DNA of 64,000 nucleotides from Mobula hypostoma. Its lineage: Eukaryota. Position 1 is the first letter of the stretch. Each line of letters opens with the position of its first letter. The stretch lies in assembly GCF_963921235.1 (NCBI RefSeq), contig NC_086118.1, forward strand, positions 20,710,001 to 20,774,000, given 5' to 3'. The position numbers and the translations under genes are program-made. Positions 38,485-49,823 of this stretch are shown piece after piece. The notes beneath the pieces are model-generated. The model saw nothing but the letters and a program-made list of their open reading frames with translations, was not told the DNA's origin and made no database searches.

Positions 38485-38840
38485 ATAGTCAAAGAGTACA
38501 CAGCACAGAAACAGGCCCTTCAGCCCATCTAGTCCATGCTGAACTATTACACTGCCTAATCACATCAACCTGCACTTGACCATAACCTTCCATACGGCTC
38601 CCATCCATGTACTTATCCAGACTTCTCCTAAATTTTGCATAGTAGAGGAATTAAATTTTGCATAGTAAGGGAACTAAAGGTTATGGGGAAAAGGCAGGTA
38701 GGTGCAGATGAGTCCATGACCAGATCACCCATGATTTTATTGAATGGTGGAGCAGTCTCGAAGGGCCAGATGGCCTATTCCTGCTCCTATTTCTTATGTA
38801 AGTGTTGCATTCAAACCTGCATCCACCATTTCTGCTGGGG
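38485..38840. mobile_element. Two short CR1 3' tails nested in opposite orientation
   Basis: + strand tail 38655-38800 resembles 14560-14710 and sits inside a minus-strand CR1 tail. Confidence 0.6.
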
Positions 38841-41125
38841 TCTGCCCGAGCGAAGGGTAAGAATCTGCTGTGCTTCTGAACGCCATCCAGTGCCCTTTTA
38901 TAAAGCAGTATTTGGTGACTGGCACAAGGGAGCGTAATTTATTAATATCAGTTCATAGTTTTCCATGTCATCTATTGAGTAAACTGGAATATTTTGGTCA
39001 AATCCCATGGGGGCTGAGCAATAGCAATTGTTCTTGATGGTTGTTGGACATTTAAATTCTCCAAATTTACTCAGATTACTTGGTCACAAAGCAGAAAGAT
39101 CACAAAATACTGACAGTGACCAAATTTATCATCTCAATGCTGATGTTTTATTACTGATTACTATAATAAAATGATTCTTTTAAATGTGCTGTCTTCAGAA
39201 ACTTTTGATGTAGCTGATTTGTTTATTCTCGGCCTCAATGTTTATTTAGAGGTTTTCATATTTTCTCTGTAATCTCAACTGCGTAGAAATGATTTAAACT
39301 GATGAATCTCAGGGTTGTATGCTGCATACATACTTTGATAATAAATGAACATTAAATGTTTGACTCTTTGAAACTGATGTAAGATTTTCTTTGTGGACAT
39401 TGTTTTTGCTATGGAAAAAATGGCAATCTTCTCTTTTGGTGTTAATTGACAATCATTTTAGACATGGTGACCACCATGTAACATAAAAAAGGTGTGGAAA
39501 TAGTTAATTTTACTTAATTTCCAGAATAAGAATTTTTCTCTGATGTTATTGGAGCGAGAGAGAGGCACATGGCTGTTATCAGCTATACTTCTAAAATAAA
39601 TTTTTGCCATTTCCTGAATATTCTCACTCAGTTATGTACAGACATACTTTAAAAACAATTGAACTTTATTATCAGTGGATCTACAAGGTACAAGTAAAGA
39701 TATCATTATCTAACAGGGGAATTGTATGTTTTTGAGGTCTAGTGATTGATTGATGTTGGTTATTTATCTAAATATTATACTAAGTCTGGGCCTCCGAATG
39801 CTGAAGAAGTGAAACAAGAATGGTTAATACTTACAGAAAAATACTTACAAACATAAGGAAAGATAAGTTAATATTTTGGGGGTAGTTTGTTTGTCAGAAA
39901 AATGTTTCAAGCTTAGAACTAGATCTTGGTAGCTACTCTTACTTACAACATATCCTTAACAGAGAATAAGTAAATACACAAAGCCATCAGCTTGCAAAAC
40001 TCACTAAAAAACAGGAGAACCTCTTCTCTGTCACTGTGCTCTCCATAGAGCTTGCTACACTTCACACTCCCTTTGCTTGCTAGGCCTCCCACGCATTCTC
40101 CCTGCCAGCCCTTGTGCTTAAAATCCTCCCACAAGTAACACTGGAGTGATGAAAGCTCTCTGTGCTGTTATGTGGTTTTAACTTGGTATGTCATCTTTTA
40201 AACAAATTACATTACAGTAATTGATATGAAAGATAAGTTTCTATTATAAACAAAAAAGAGTGAAATGCAGAAATAATAGCTCACACTTCTAACTATTGTA
40301 CAAGATAGAAAAATGCATTCCGATCAATGGAAGTGAAAAGATAATATGTAGTTTGTACATTTCTCTATGTACATACTTTATAAATGAATAGGAAGTATTT
40401 CAGTTTTAAAACAAATATATTACACAGAAATCTGACTGTGCACAAATGAGTAGGTTTTAGAACTCCAATTAATGCACACATATACTTGAAATTAATGTAT
40501 CATAATGATATGTATTAATGTACTATGTACATTATTAATGAGGAAAACATACATAATGTTTCAGGCTGACAAATGTACTTGGTTATAATGTATATACAAA
40601 AGGGCATGTAGTTAAATTTCTCTTCAAAGATGAGTGGTTGTTGATTGTAGAATATCAAAAGTTTCTCCTATTCAATATACAGCCATTGAATGCTCATCTG
40701 ATCTCTTGATCTAATGAAAGAATTGATTCTTAGTTGCAGTTACTGCTGAAAATAATGTATGTTTTTTTATTCATGCAATGTTATTAGCACAGCCCACTGA
40801 CCTCGGGCTTTCTGTACATCTATATATGATTGAGCAAATATGACAAAGTATTTTATGTACATTTTAATGTTGTCTGTTTGAAATCATTAAGGAAACCCCT
40901 TCATTTTTTTTCTTGATGTCATTTTATAATAATGCATAATGTTCATAAAAATCTATATTAATAGAGGTCTACAGTAACAGGGGAGTATAAGAAGTTCTTG
41001 ATATACAATGGAGTTATATATTAAAAGATACATTGCTTAAATTTCAGTGCATAATAGTCAGGTTTAAGCAGCTTGGAATATTTTAATATTAACAGAATTC
41101 TAAGGTCACAGAGTAATTGTTTGAA

Positions 41126-41167
41126 TCCCAGTTTATTAGTACACTTTCCCAGTTTATTAGTACACTT
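41126..41167. repeat. Perfect 21-bp tandem duplication
   Basis: TCCCAGTTTATTAGTACACTT x2. Confidence 0.9.
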
Positions 41168-42713
41168 TAAATTACAAACAAATTATTTAGAGCAGAAAAA
41201 TCTGTGGGCGTATGCAACCAGCATGCACAGATGAGTATGTTTTTACTGGATTTATTTGACTAAGTGGCTGAAATACCAGTTGGGTTTTGGCAAGTGTGGA
41301 ATGATGTACATTGTGGCCATGTGAACTTCACAAATTGTCGGTGACAAGCATTTTGAGAAATTTTGTACCAGAACTCCAAGTCTATTGCTTGGTCTTCCTT
41401 CTTCGTAAAATTTACATTTCATCAATTCCTTTTATTTTTCAGCAAAAGTCAGCTTCCAAAACAAAACAAACAATAAAATAAAAAGTATCAAATAGCAGAA
41501 AACAGATTCATTCCTTTTTTAAATTAAAGAAACTACTTTTAGAATTTTGATGGCAGATATAAATTCTTGAAGAAAATGAAATTTATATATTTTCATGCAA
41601 CTTTATTAGGTCGAGTTGCTGTCTTTAAGATGGACTTTAAGAAGCGGCTGCTGGAGAGGACAATACCCTCTTCAAACATTGTAACAACTGTTAGTTATGT
41701 GACCTATAGACTCCAAACTTGACGTTGGATGTATCATTGATCTGATTGATGGCATAGTGGAGAAATGCTTCAAGTGTTGAGAATGTCAGGAATTGTACGT
41801 AGAAATCAAAGTCTCCAGAATTATTGTAGTGTGCTATGTGTAGCATTGGGCTACAAAAAGAACTGGGTGAAAGGCTTTTGAGATTGTCCTTTGAGGAGAT
41901 AAGAAAGTATACCATTAGCTGACATTGTTGCCAGTTTTATTAATGCATAGTTCATTGGTTTATGTCTGGTATAGGCTTTACATTTATATTTCCCGTCCCA
42001 AATATTTTTACTCACTGATGAAGTTTGATTTTCCATGGAGGAAATATGAAATGGCTTTTAACAGTTTAAAATGCTAGAGTTAATTTCTTGGTCAATTTGG
42101 AAAAGAAAACTTCTTCAAATGCTGTCTTCAAATTGAAGCTTGAGAGACTGGAATAGGGTATTGGATTCTCTCCAGGCTGCTTGTTGGTTGACAAGCATAG
42201 AAATCTTTCTGAATTTAATAAGCCATTGAATGATATATTGAAAATGAAAGTACTGTCATATTTACTACAGACTTAAATTTTACCATCCCTTTCCCTTCCC
42301 ACGCCCCTACCTTCTATTTAGAATGTATGCTCCGAGCATACTGGCTGATAAACATCTGGGTCCAGGTGTTCATTTGAGTTACTTCCCTGGTCACTCCAGT
42401 AATGATTTCCTGTCATTGAACAGAGATCTCACATATACAAAAAAAAGCTGGATGTCAGAAGCATTTTTGTGAAAAACAGGAAATATCTTAAACAGATTTT
42501 CACTTATTTTGAATTGCAGTAAATATTTTTTCAAGACAATGCTTAAGTGAAAAAATATCTTAAAAAATAGAAATATGACTTGAACGGAAAATATAATTTC
42601 ATGGATGATATCTTTGCTATTAAAAATCATATTCAGAATTTAAATTGCTAATAGTATGTTGGAAATGTTTTATGGTAGTTCCTGATGTTTGTAAATTAGT
42701 TGGAATCAGTTAT

Positions 42714-42909
42714 ACATCAAAGTTGCTGGTGAACGCAGCAGGCCAAGCAGCATCTATAGGAAGAGGTGCAGTCGACGTTTCAGGCTGAGACCCTTCGTCA
42801 GGACTAGTCGACTGCACCTCTTCCTATAGATGCTGCTTGGCCTGCTGCGTTCACCAGCAACTTTGATGTATGTTGCTTGAATTTCCAGCATCTGCAGAAT
42901 TCCTGTTGT
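42714..42909. mobile_element. Fold-back Penelope-derived hammerhead insert with perfect 65-bp arms
   Basis: 14-bp TSD TTGGAATCAGTTAT (42700-42713, 42910-42923). Arms 42712-42776 and 42807-42871 are exact reverse complements. Confidence 0.88.
42769..42806 (-). ncRNA. Minimal type-I hammerhead ribozyme motif
   Basis: tagtc-CTGACGA-AGGgtctcagCCT-GAAAC-GTC-gactg. Confidence 0.8.
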
Positions 42910-43462
42910 TTGGAATCAGTTATGATTGTTTTCACTGTGCAGTAAAAAACATTTAGCACCATCTGGTGGGGAATATCAGTGACAACAATAGAAATTCGGC
43001 AGCAGGAAAAGAAATAGAAAATGCAATTTTGTTGAGGAATGAAAAATATGTGACGATTGATCAACATGTTTGAAATGATGACTTCATTCCATCACTCATG
43101 TATTTAATTATGTAACTATTGTCAATAGCATTAAGAGACCAACAAAATGAACAAAATTTTGTTGCGTTATAAATATACAAGTATGTCAGACATACTAACT
43201 AAAGAAACACTGTCTTATGATGCTGTCTTCTAAATAAGCGAGGGTGAGTTGAAGAGGTTTATTTTGCATCATTACTGACTTATGCAAATAATGTATAAAT
43301 GCTACAACTATTGGTTCATTAATGATGTATTTCACATCGTGATGACATTTTAAAGACTTTCAGATTGTTGCAATTGCAAATCTGTTGATAAAATTCTGTG
43401 TTTCACTTCTGGAGGTCTTTGTAAAAATAGTGTATATTTTTTCCTCATTGTGATAATTAAGG

Positions 43463-44150
43463 TTGGTATTGGTATTGATTTATTGTTGTCACATGTACCA
43501 ATATACAATGAGAAGCTTGTATGCCTACTGTTCATACAGATCAAATCGTTACACAGTGCATTGAGTTAGAATAAGCTAAAGCCATAACAATGCAGAATAA
43601 AATGTAAAAGCTGCCAAAAACATGCAGTGCAGGTTTACGATTAAATGCAAGATCATTGCGAGGTAGATTTTTTTGTTTGAGTCAGTTGTATCGTACAAGA
43701 GGTCTGCTCAAGAATCTGATAACAGTGGGACAGAAGTTTTCCTTGAGCCTGGTGGTATATGTTTCCAGGCTTTTGTATCATCTGCCCAATGGGAGAGGGG
43801 AGAAAAAAAGAATGTTAGGGATGGTAATGTCTTTGATAATGCTGGCTGTGAGAAGAAAGACAGAATCCATAGATGGGAATCTGGTTTCTGTGATGGGTTG
43901 ACCTGTGTCTACAATTCTCTGCAGTTTCTTGCAGTCACATGCAGGGTTGTTGCCATACTAAGCTATATTGCTTTTTTTTGGTGCATGGATAAGAATTGGT
44001 GAGGGTCAACAGGACACTCCAAATTTGTTTAAACTCCTGAGGAAGTAGAGACAGTGGTCATCTTTCTTAGCTGTGATTTTAACAAGCTATTGGTGATGTT
44101 CAAATTTAGAAATTTGAACCTCTAAACCACAACATCACTGATATAAACAC
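43463..44150 (-). mobile_element. Old Rex1/Babar 3' fragment
   Basis: Minus strand has degenerate LYFLRSL.KFG and LPLGR..KSL...RLK.NF motifs; (AATACC)n tail. Confidence 0.6.
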
Positions 44151-45148
44151 AGAAATGTTTATATCAATGGTCCCCTCCCCCGCTCTCTGAAGGCATGGTT
44201 TGCATTTTGCTGGTTATTTCTGACAGTTCTTAGTCACCCTTAGTATTCATCCTTTAAATTGCAGTAAATCAATGAGCTCACTCCTTCACTGTAGAACCCA
44301 GGCTTGCTCTGTTTCTTCTGTTATTCTAGGAAATTACCCCAATGACGTAACATAAAGATTTTCACTCCTCATGTAAGTGAAGGATGTAAGAAATAAAATC
44401 AATTCAATTCAATGATTAATTTCAACAATGGTTAAAAGACTATAACGTAAATGAAGAAAGTAAATTATGACTTAAAATGTTATTCGTTTTATTATTTCAA
44501 TTACTCATATGTTGCAGATACTTTTAATTTTAAAATTATTTTTTCAATTTTAGTCATTTTTAAAGAGACATGTAAAAACTATTTAAAATCAGTTACTGAT
44601 TTTATTGTCAGCAAAGCCTTGTCTTTGTCCTCAGGGAGGCCACACTAGGTAAACTTGAGAACCATTGTATATAGTCCTCAACATCAGAATCATGTAAATA
44701 GACAGAAAAACATATTACATATGTCTGTATAAGAGCATGCTTCACTGATTCTTTAAATAGTGACATTTTGAGCTAACTTTTGATGTTTATTTCTGATAGA
44801 GAAGAAAACCTAGTTGATTGACCTCTGCTTCCAAATTACAATGTGAGAACGTATTTCTCCTTGCATCTAACAGTGATCATACATCCTATTTGCACCACTT
44901 TACCAGTGTTTATCCTTGAATGGTTCAGCTTTACATATGACTGTTTTTGTAAGTTTATCTGAATAGTAGAAACTTCTGCATTGTTTTAAAAAAGAACATT
45001 AAATATAGTGTGCTGGTGGGATGCAACGCTTGCCTTAACATATCTGTCCATTTATCATTGATACTGATCTGAAGGATTAAACAATTAAAAACAAGTTGCT
45101 TTATTTTAGAAATAACATTAATTTAAAGTCATTTTATGTTCTGAATAG

Positions 45149-45278
45149 GTTTGTAACTCGCCCAGATGTTAAAGAGAAGAGGTTGCAAGACTTCTTGAAT
45201 TGGACATTGACATCATTATCCAAAGCTGATCAGACAATGGAAGGCATGGTTGTAATCGATGGAATGCTTCAGGCTCTG
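45149..45278 (+). CDS. TBCD: TBCD coding exon 7 (FVTRPDVKEKRLQDFLNWTL...DGMLQAL)
   Basis: aatag acceptor, CTG|gtaaat donor; 130 nt, phase 2-0; F.TRPDVK motif. The next exon was not found before 64000. Confidence 0.96.
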
Positions 45279-46689
45279 GTAAATACTTGACTACTTGTGT
45301 CACCTTTTTAAATATGATGACTTTCTTTAACTTCTAAATATCCGTTTTTTTTCATTGTTCAAAGGAATCTATGTCCCAGAAGGAAGATATTTACCCAACA
45401 TGTGAAAGCTGGCTACAAAACAGCTGTCCAGTTTAATCTTTTTTGCCAGCCCTTGCTTAAAGCCCTATAGGTTGTGAGTGCAGATTTAATTACTTTGAGC
45501 ATTGAGTACTTCCACTACGACTAGCTTTCATACCGGTAGTTCCAAATTCACTTTACTCTTGGCTTATGTAGTTTCAACTCCTGCTTAAACCTTGAAATAA
45601 CCTCTGTTTATCCAGAAGTAAAATGCAACACCTTATCTCATGGTGTTTTTGATTTCTATGCAGTTTGAGCAGTGTCATTAGTTTGATGCATTTTGTGTTC
45701 AGCTACTCCAGAGTGTTTCACACGTCTTTATAAATTCATATGTTCTTTTATCTTCAGGGGTGTATGGATAAACACTCTAATTCTATTTCTCTACACTTCT
45801 TAGTATCCTTACATTTTTGTGCTTTCCTTTGCTGTGTTTGCTGTTTCCAAGTGAGTCAATTTTGACTTTTGGATTGAATTCCATCTGCAAAATTATCATT
45901 CAACTGTGCAGCAAATATTTCCATTATCTACAAACTTGTTAATCATGGGACAACTGAGTCAAGATAATTTATCTCAACTTTTCTGATGAGCCGAGGAAAA
46001 TTGAAAAAAAAAGAAATAAAGCAGGTGTTGTAAATTTGAAATAAATAAGAAATACAGATAAAATAGGATAGGCAACAACTATAGCAAGGGAAACAGTTAA
46101 TATTTCAAGTTGTTAATCTTTGTCCATAATTAGGAAAATTCAGAAACTGGGTGTTTTTTTTAAGCTGGAGATAAAGGGGACGTATGGAAAGTACAAAAAT
46201 AATTAATATCTGTGATATAATGGAGATCAGGAGTAAGTGTATCCATGGATGGGAGGATGTGAGGATGAGTAGAGGAAGTGTAAAGAGAGAAGAATGTGTA
46301 TTGCTCTAGAATTGATTCTGGTAGCTAGAAATCTGAAATAAGGGAAATGCTGGAAAAGCCCAGCCAGGCAAGTAGCATCTGCAGAGAGAAAATCACCTTT
46401 CATCAGAGCTGCTCAGAGATTGAAAAGTGGGGGAAAAAAAACTGCTGGAAATCTGAAACAAAAACAACAAATGCTCTGAAAGTTAGTGGGGCAGTCTGTA
46501 GAGAGTTAAGTGACTTGCCTGGTCAGCTTCTATCCCCCTCCATCACTAAAGGTCATTAACCCAAGTGCCTTTCCCCCCAGCACAGACTCCACCTGACCCA
46601 CAAGGTTCCCCAGCATTTAATACTTTTGCAACAGAGCTCTCCAGTTTTGACATATTGGGCAAAGGCTGATTATCTGACATTACTGAAAT

Positions 46690-49278
46690 TGCTATGTGCT
46701 CAGCCCGTTCCTGTTCACACTGGTGATGCATGAATGTTTCCTAGGATTCAACTCAAACTGTGTCATCAGGTTTGTGGATGACACAACAGTAGTTGACCTC
46801 ATCAAGAAGGATGATGGGGCAGAGTACCGAGACGAAGTGGAGCAGCTCGTGAATTGATGTGAGAAGAACAACCTAAGCCTGAACGTGGGGAATCATAGTG
46901 AATGAACCATCCCCTTCTGTGAATACATGGCTCCTCCATAGAGAGAGTGAAGTGTTCCAAGTTCTTGGGAGTTCACATCACGGAGGACCTCATCTGGTCC
47001 CTCAATATCAGCTCCCTGAACAGAAAGGCACAACAGTGTCTCTACTTCCTCAGAAGATTGAGGCAAGCAAGGCTTCCCTCCCCCCATCTGAACTGTGTTT
47101 TACAGGAGTATCATTGAGAGCATCCTGACAAGTTATGTTTCCATCTGCTATGGGAGCATTGAACCAGAAGTTCCTGGAAAGGACTGTGAGAACAACTGAG
47201 AGGATCATAGGGGTCTCCCTCCCATCCATCAGGGACATTTAACAGGAGTGTTGCGTACATAGGGCCCTTGGTATTATTAAGGTTCCCACTCATTCATCAA
47301 ACATTCTCTTTGACTTTCTACCATCAGGCAGGAGACTTCTTTGCATAAAAACAAGAATGGTCAGGATGGAACAGTTTCTTCCTTTGGGCCATTAGGCTTC
47401 CGAACTCTGTGCTGCATCATATTCGAAGTCTCACCGTTAATCTGTTCCATACCTCACAATATTTAATTAATGTAGTTTGTTATTTATGTGTGATTCATCT
47501 GTTGATTTTATCCTTACTTTCCTAAGTTATCGTGTGTATTGCGTGTTAAGTGTACTTCTGTGTTTTACACTGTGGTTTGGAGAAACATTGTCTCGTTTCT
47601 ATATGTACTATATGGTTATATACATTATATACAGTGCCTATAAAAGGTGTTCAACACCCCCGGCAATTTTCATGTTTTATTGTTTTACAACATTGAATCA
47701 CAGTGGATTTAATTTGTTTTTTGACACTGATCAACAGAAAAAGACTCTTTCGTGTCAAAGTGAAAACAGATCTCTACAAAATGATCTAAATTAATTACAA
47801 ATATAAAACGCAAAATAATTGATTGCATAAGTATTCACCCCCTTTAATATGACACACCAAATCATCACTGGAGCAGCTAATTTGTTTTACAAGTCACATA
47901 ATTAGTTAAATGGAGATCTGTTTTTGGAGACCTGTGTGCATTCAAGGTGTTCCAATTGATTGTAGTAAAAATATACCTGTATCTGGAAGGTCCAACTGCT
48001 GGTCAGTCAGTATCCTGGCAAAAACCACACTATGAAGACAAAAGAACACTCCAAGCAACTCCTCAAAAAGGTTATTGAAAAGCACAAGGCAGGAGTTGGA
48101 TACAAGAAAACTTCCAAGTCAATGAATATTCTTTGGAGTACAGTTAAATCAATCATCGAGAAATAGAAAGAATAAGGCTCAGCTGTAAATCTGCCTAGAG
48201 CAAGCGTCCTCAAAAACTGAGTGGCCATGCAAGAAGGGGACTAGCGAGGGAGGCCACTAAGAGACCTATGACAACTCGGGAGGAGTTACAGGCTTCAGTG
48301 GCTGAGATGGAAGAGATTGTGCATACAACACCTGTTGCCCGGGTGCTTTACAAGTCACAGCTTTATGTGAGAGTTGTAAAGTGAAAGCTAATGTTAAAAA
48401 AAAACCTCAAATGGAATCTCAGCTAGTGTTTGCTAGGAGGTATATAGGAGACTCTGAAGTCAGCTGGAAGAAGGTTCTGTTGTCTGATGAGGCCATCAGA
48501 CTAAATGCTATGTTTGGCAAAAGCCAAACACTGCACATTATTGAAGATACACCATCCCTACTGTGAAGCATGTTTGTGGCTGCATCATGCTGTGGGGATG
48601 CTTCATTGCGGTAGGACCTTAGAAGACTTGTGATGGGAGAGGATAAAATGAATGCAGCAAAATACATGGAAATTCTGGAGGAAAACCTGATGCAGTTTAC
48701 CATAGAACTGCGACTCGGAAGAAGATTTGTTCTCTAGCAAGACAATAACTCCAAGCATAAAGTCGAAGCTACACATGAATAGCTTAAAAACAGCAAAGTT
48801 AATGTCCTGGAGCGGGCAAGTCAGAGTCCAGACCTTAATCCAATTGAGAGTTTGTGGTTGGACTTAAAAAGGGCTGTTCACTCACGATCCCTGTACAGCC
48901 TGACAGTGCTTAAGCAGTTTTGTAAAGAAAAATGGAGAAAAATTGCAGTTTCCAGATGAGCAATGATGATAGAGATCTATCCACATAGACTGAAGGCTGT
49001 AATTGCTGCCAAAGGTGTATCTACTAAATACTGACTTGAAGGAGGTGAGTAATTATGCAATCAATTATTTTGTATTTAATAATTGTAATAAATTTTGACC
49101 AATTTGTAGAGATTTGTTTTCACTTTGACACAAAAAAGTTGTATTCTGTTGATCAAATTAAATCTACTGTGATTCAAGGTTGTAAAACAATTAAACATTA
49201 AAACTTCCAAGGGGGAAGGGTGAATACTTTTTATAGGCACTGTACATACATATAGTTAAATGACAATAAACTTCACTT
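46690..49278 (+). mobile_element. Decayed Rex1/Babar LINE split by a Tc1 in its 3' UTR
   Basis: RFVDDTTVV, FKFLGVHI and LPSGRRL motifs in 46.7-47.4 kb; the tail resumes after 49244 (aaatgacaataaac). Confidence 0.7.
47632..49242 (+). mobile_element. Tc1-family DNA transposon (Passport/Eagle-like, IR/DR type), 1611 bp, defective transposase ~48032-49034
   Basis: CAGTGCCTATAAAA terminal inverted repeats (~200-bp TIRs) with TA on both sides. MKTKEHSKQL..KVIEKHKAGVGYKK start; WKKVL.SDE, QDN.SKH and SQSPDLNPIE motifs; stops and frameshifts. Confidence 0.92.
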
Positions 49279-49823
49279 GTTGATTCATAATCTGCATTAA
49301 GACTCCATGAACAATTGAAAACACAATGGATATTTCAGCTAAGGACTTCTCCCTCAACCCGCGTCCCACCACACTAGATTCACTAGTAATTAACAATTCA
49401 TTAATTCTAAGATACTAATTATAAACTGGTTTCACCATGAGAATTGATTATAGCCTATTATAGTAAAAAGAAAACTATGGGTTTTGATAAATTCAATTGC
49501 CTAGAATTCTCTAGGTTACAAATGACTGCCCTGGATGGGTTTTCAATGAAAAGTGCCTTAAAAAACAAAACCTGCAGCACTGCTAATCTTTCCCAATATT
49601 TTGTTTACGGTAATGTTGTATCCCTCAAACAATAAACTACCATTGGAGCTAATCTTCAAGTATAAGGAGAAGTTGTCCAACCTACAGGGAGTACTCTCCA
49701 GAAACAAGATTAGCCAAAGCAACTCACTTAAAGTGCTGCAGGATCTCAGTAGGTCAAGCAGCATCTATGAAAGTGAATAAACAGTCCACATTTCAGGCCA
49801 AGGCACTTCTTGACTGGAAAGGA

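Noticed and set aside
41126..41167. 21-bp direct repeat as a CRISPR or functional array
   Set aside because: Only two adjacent copies with no spacer in eukaryotic DNA; a simple duplication.
46340..46500. Additional hammerheads in old Penelope-like tails (also ~35620-35730, ~9670-9712, ~49780-49820)
   Set aside because: The cores are too decayed; CUGANGA or GAAAC is missing.
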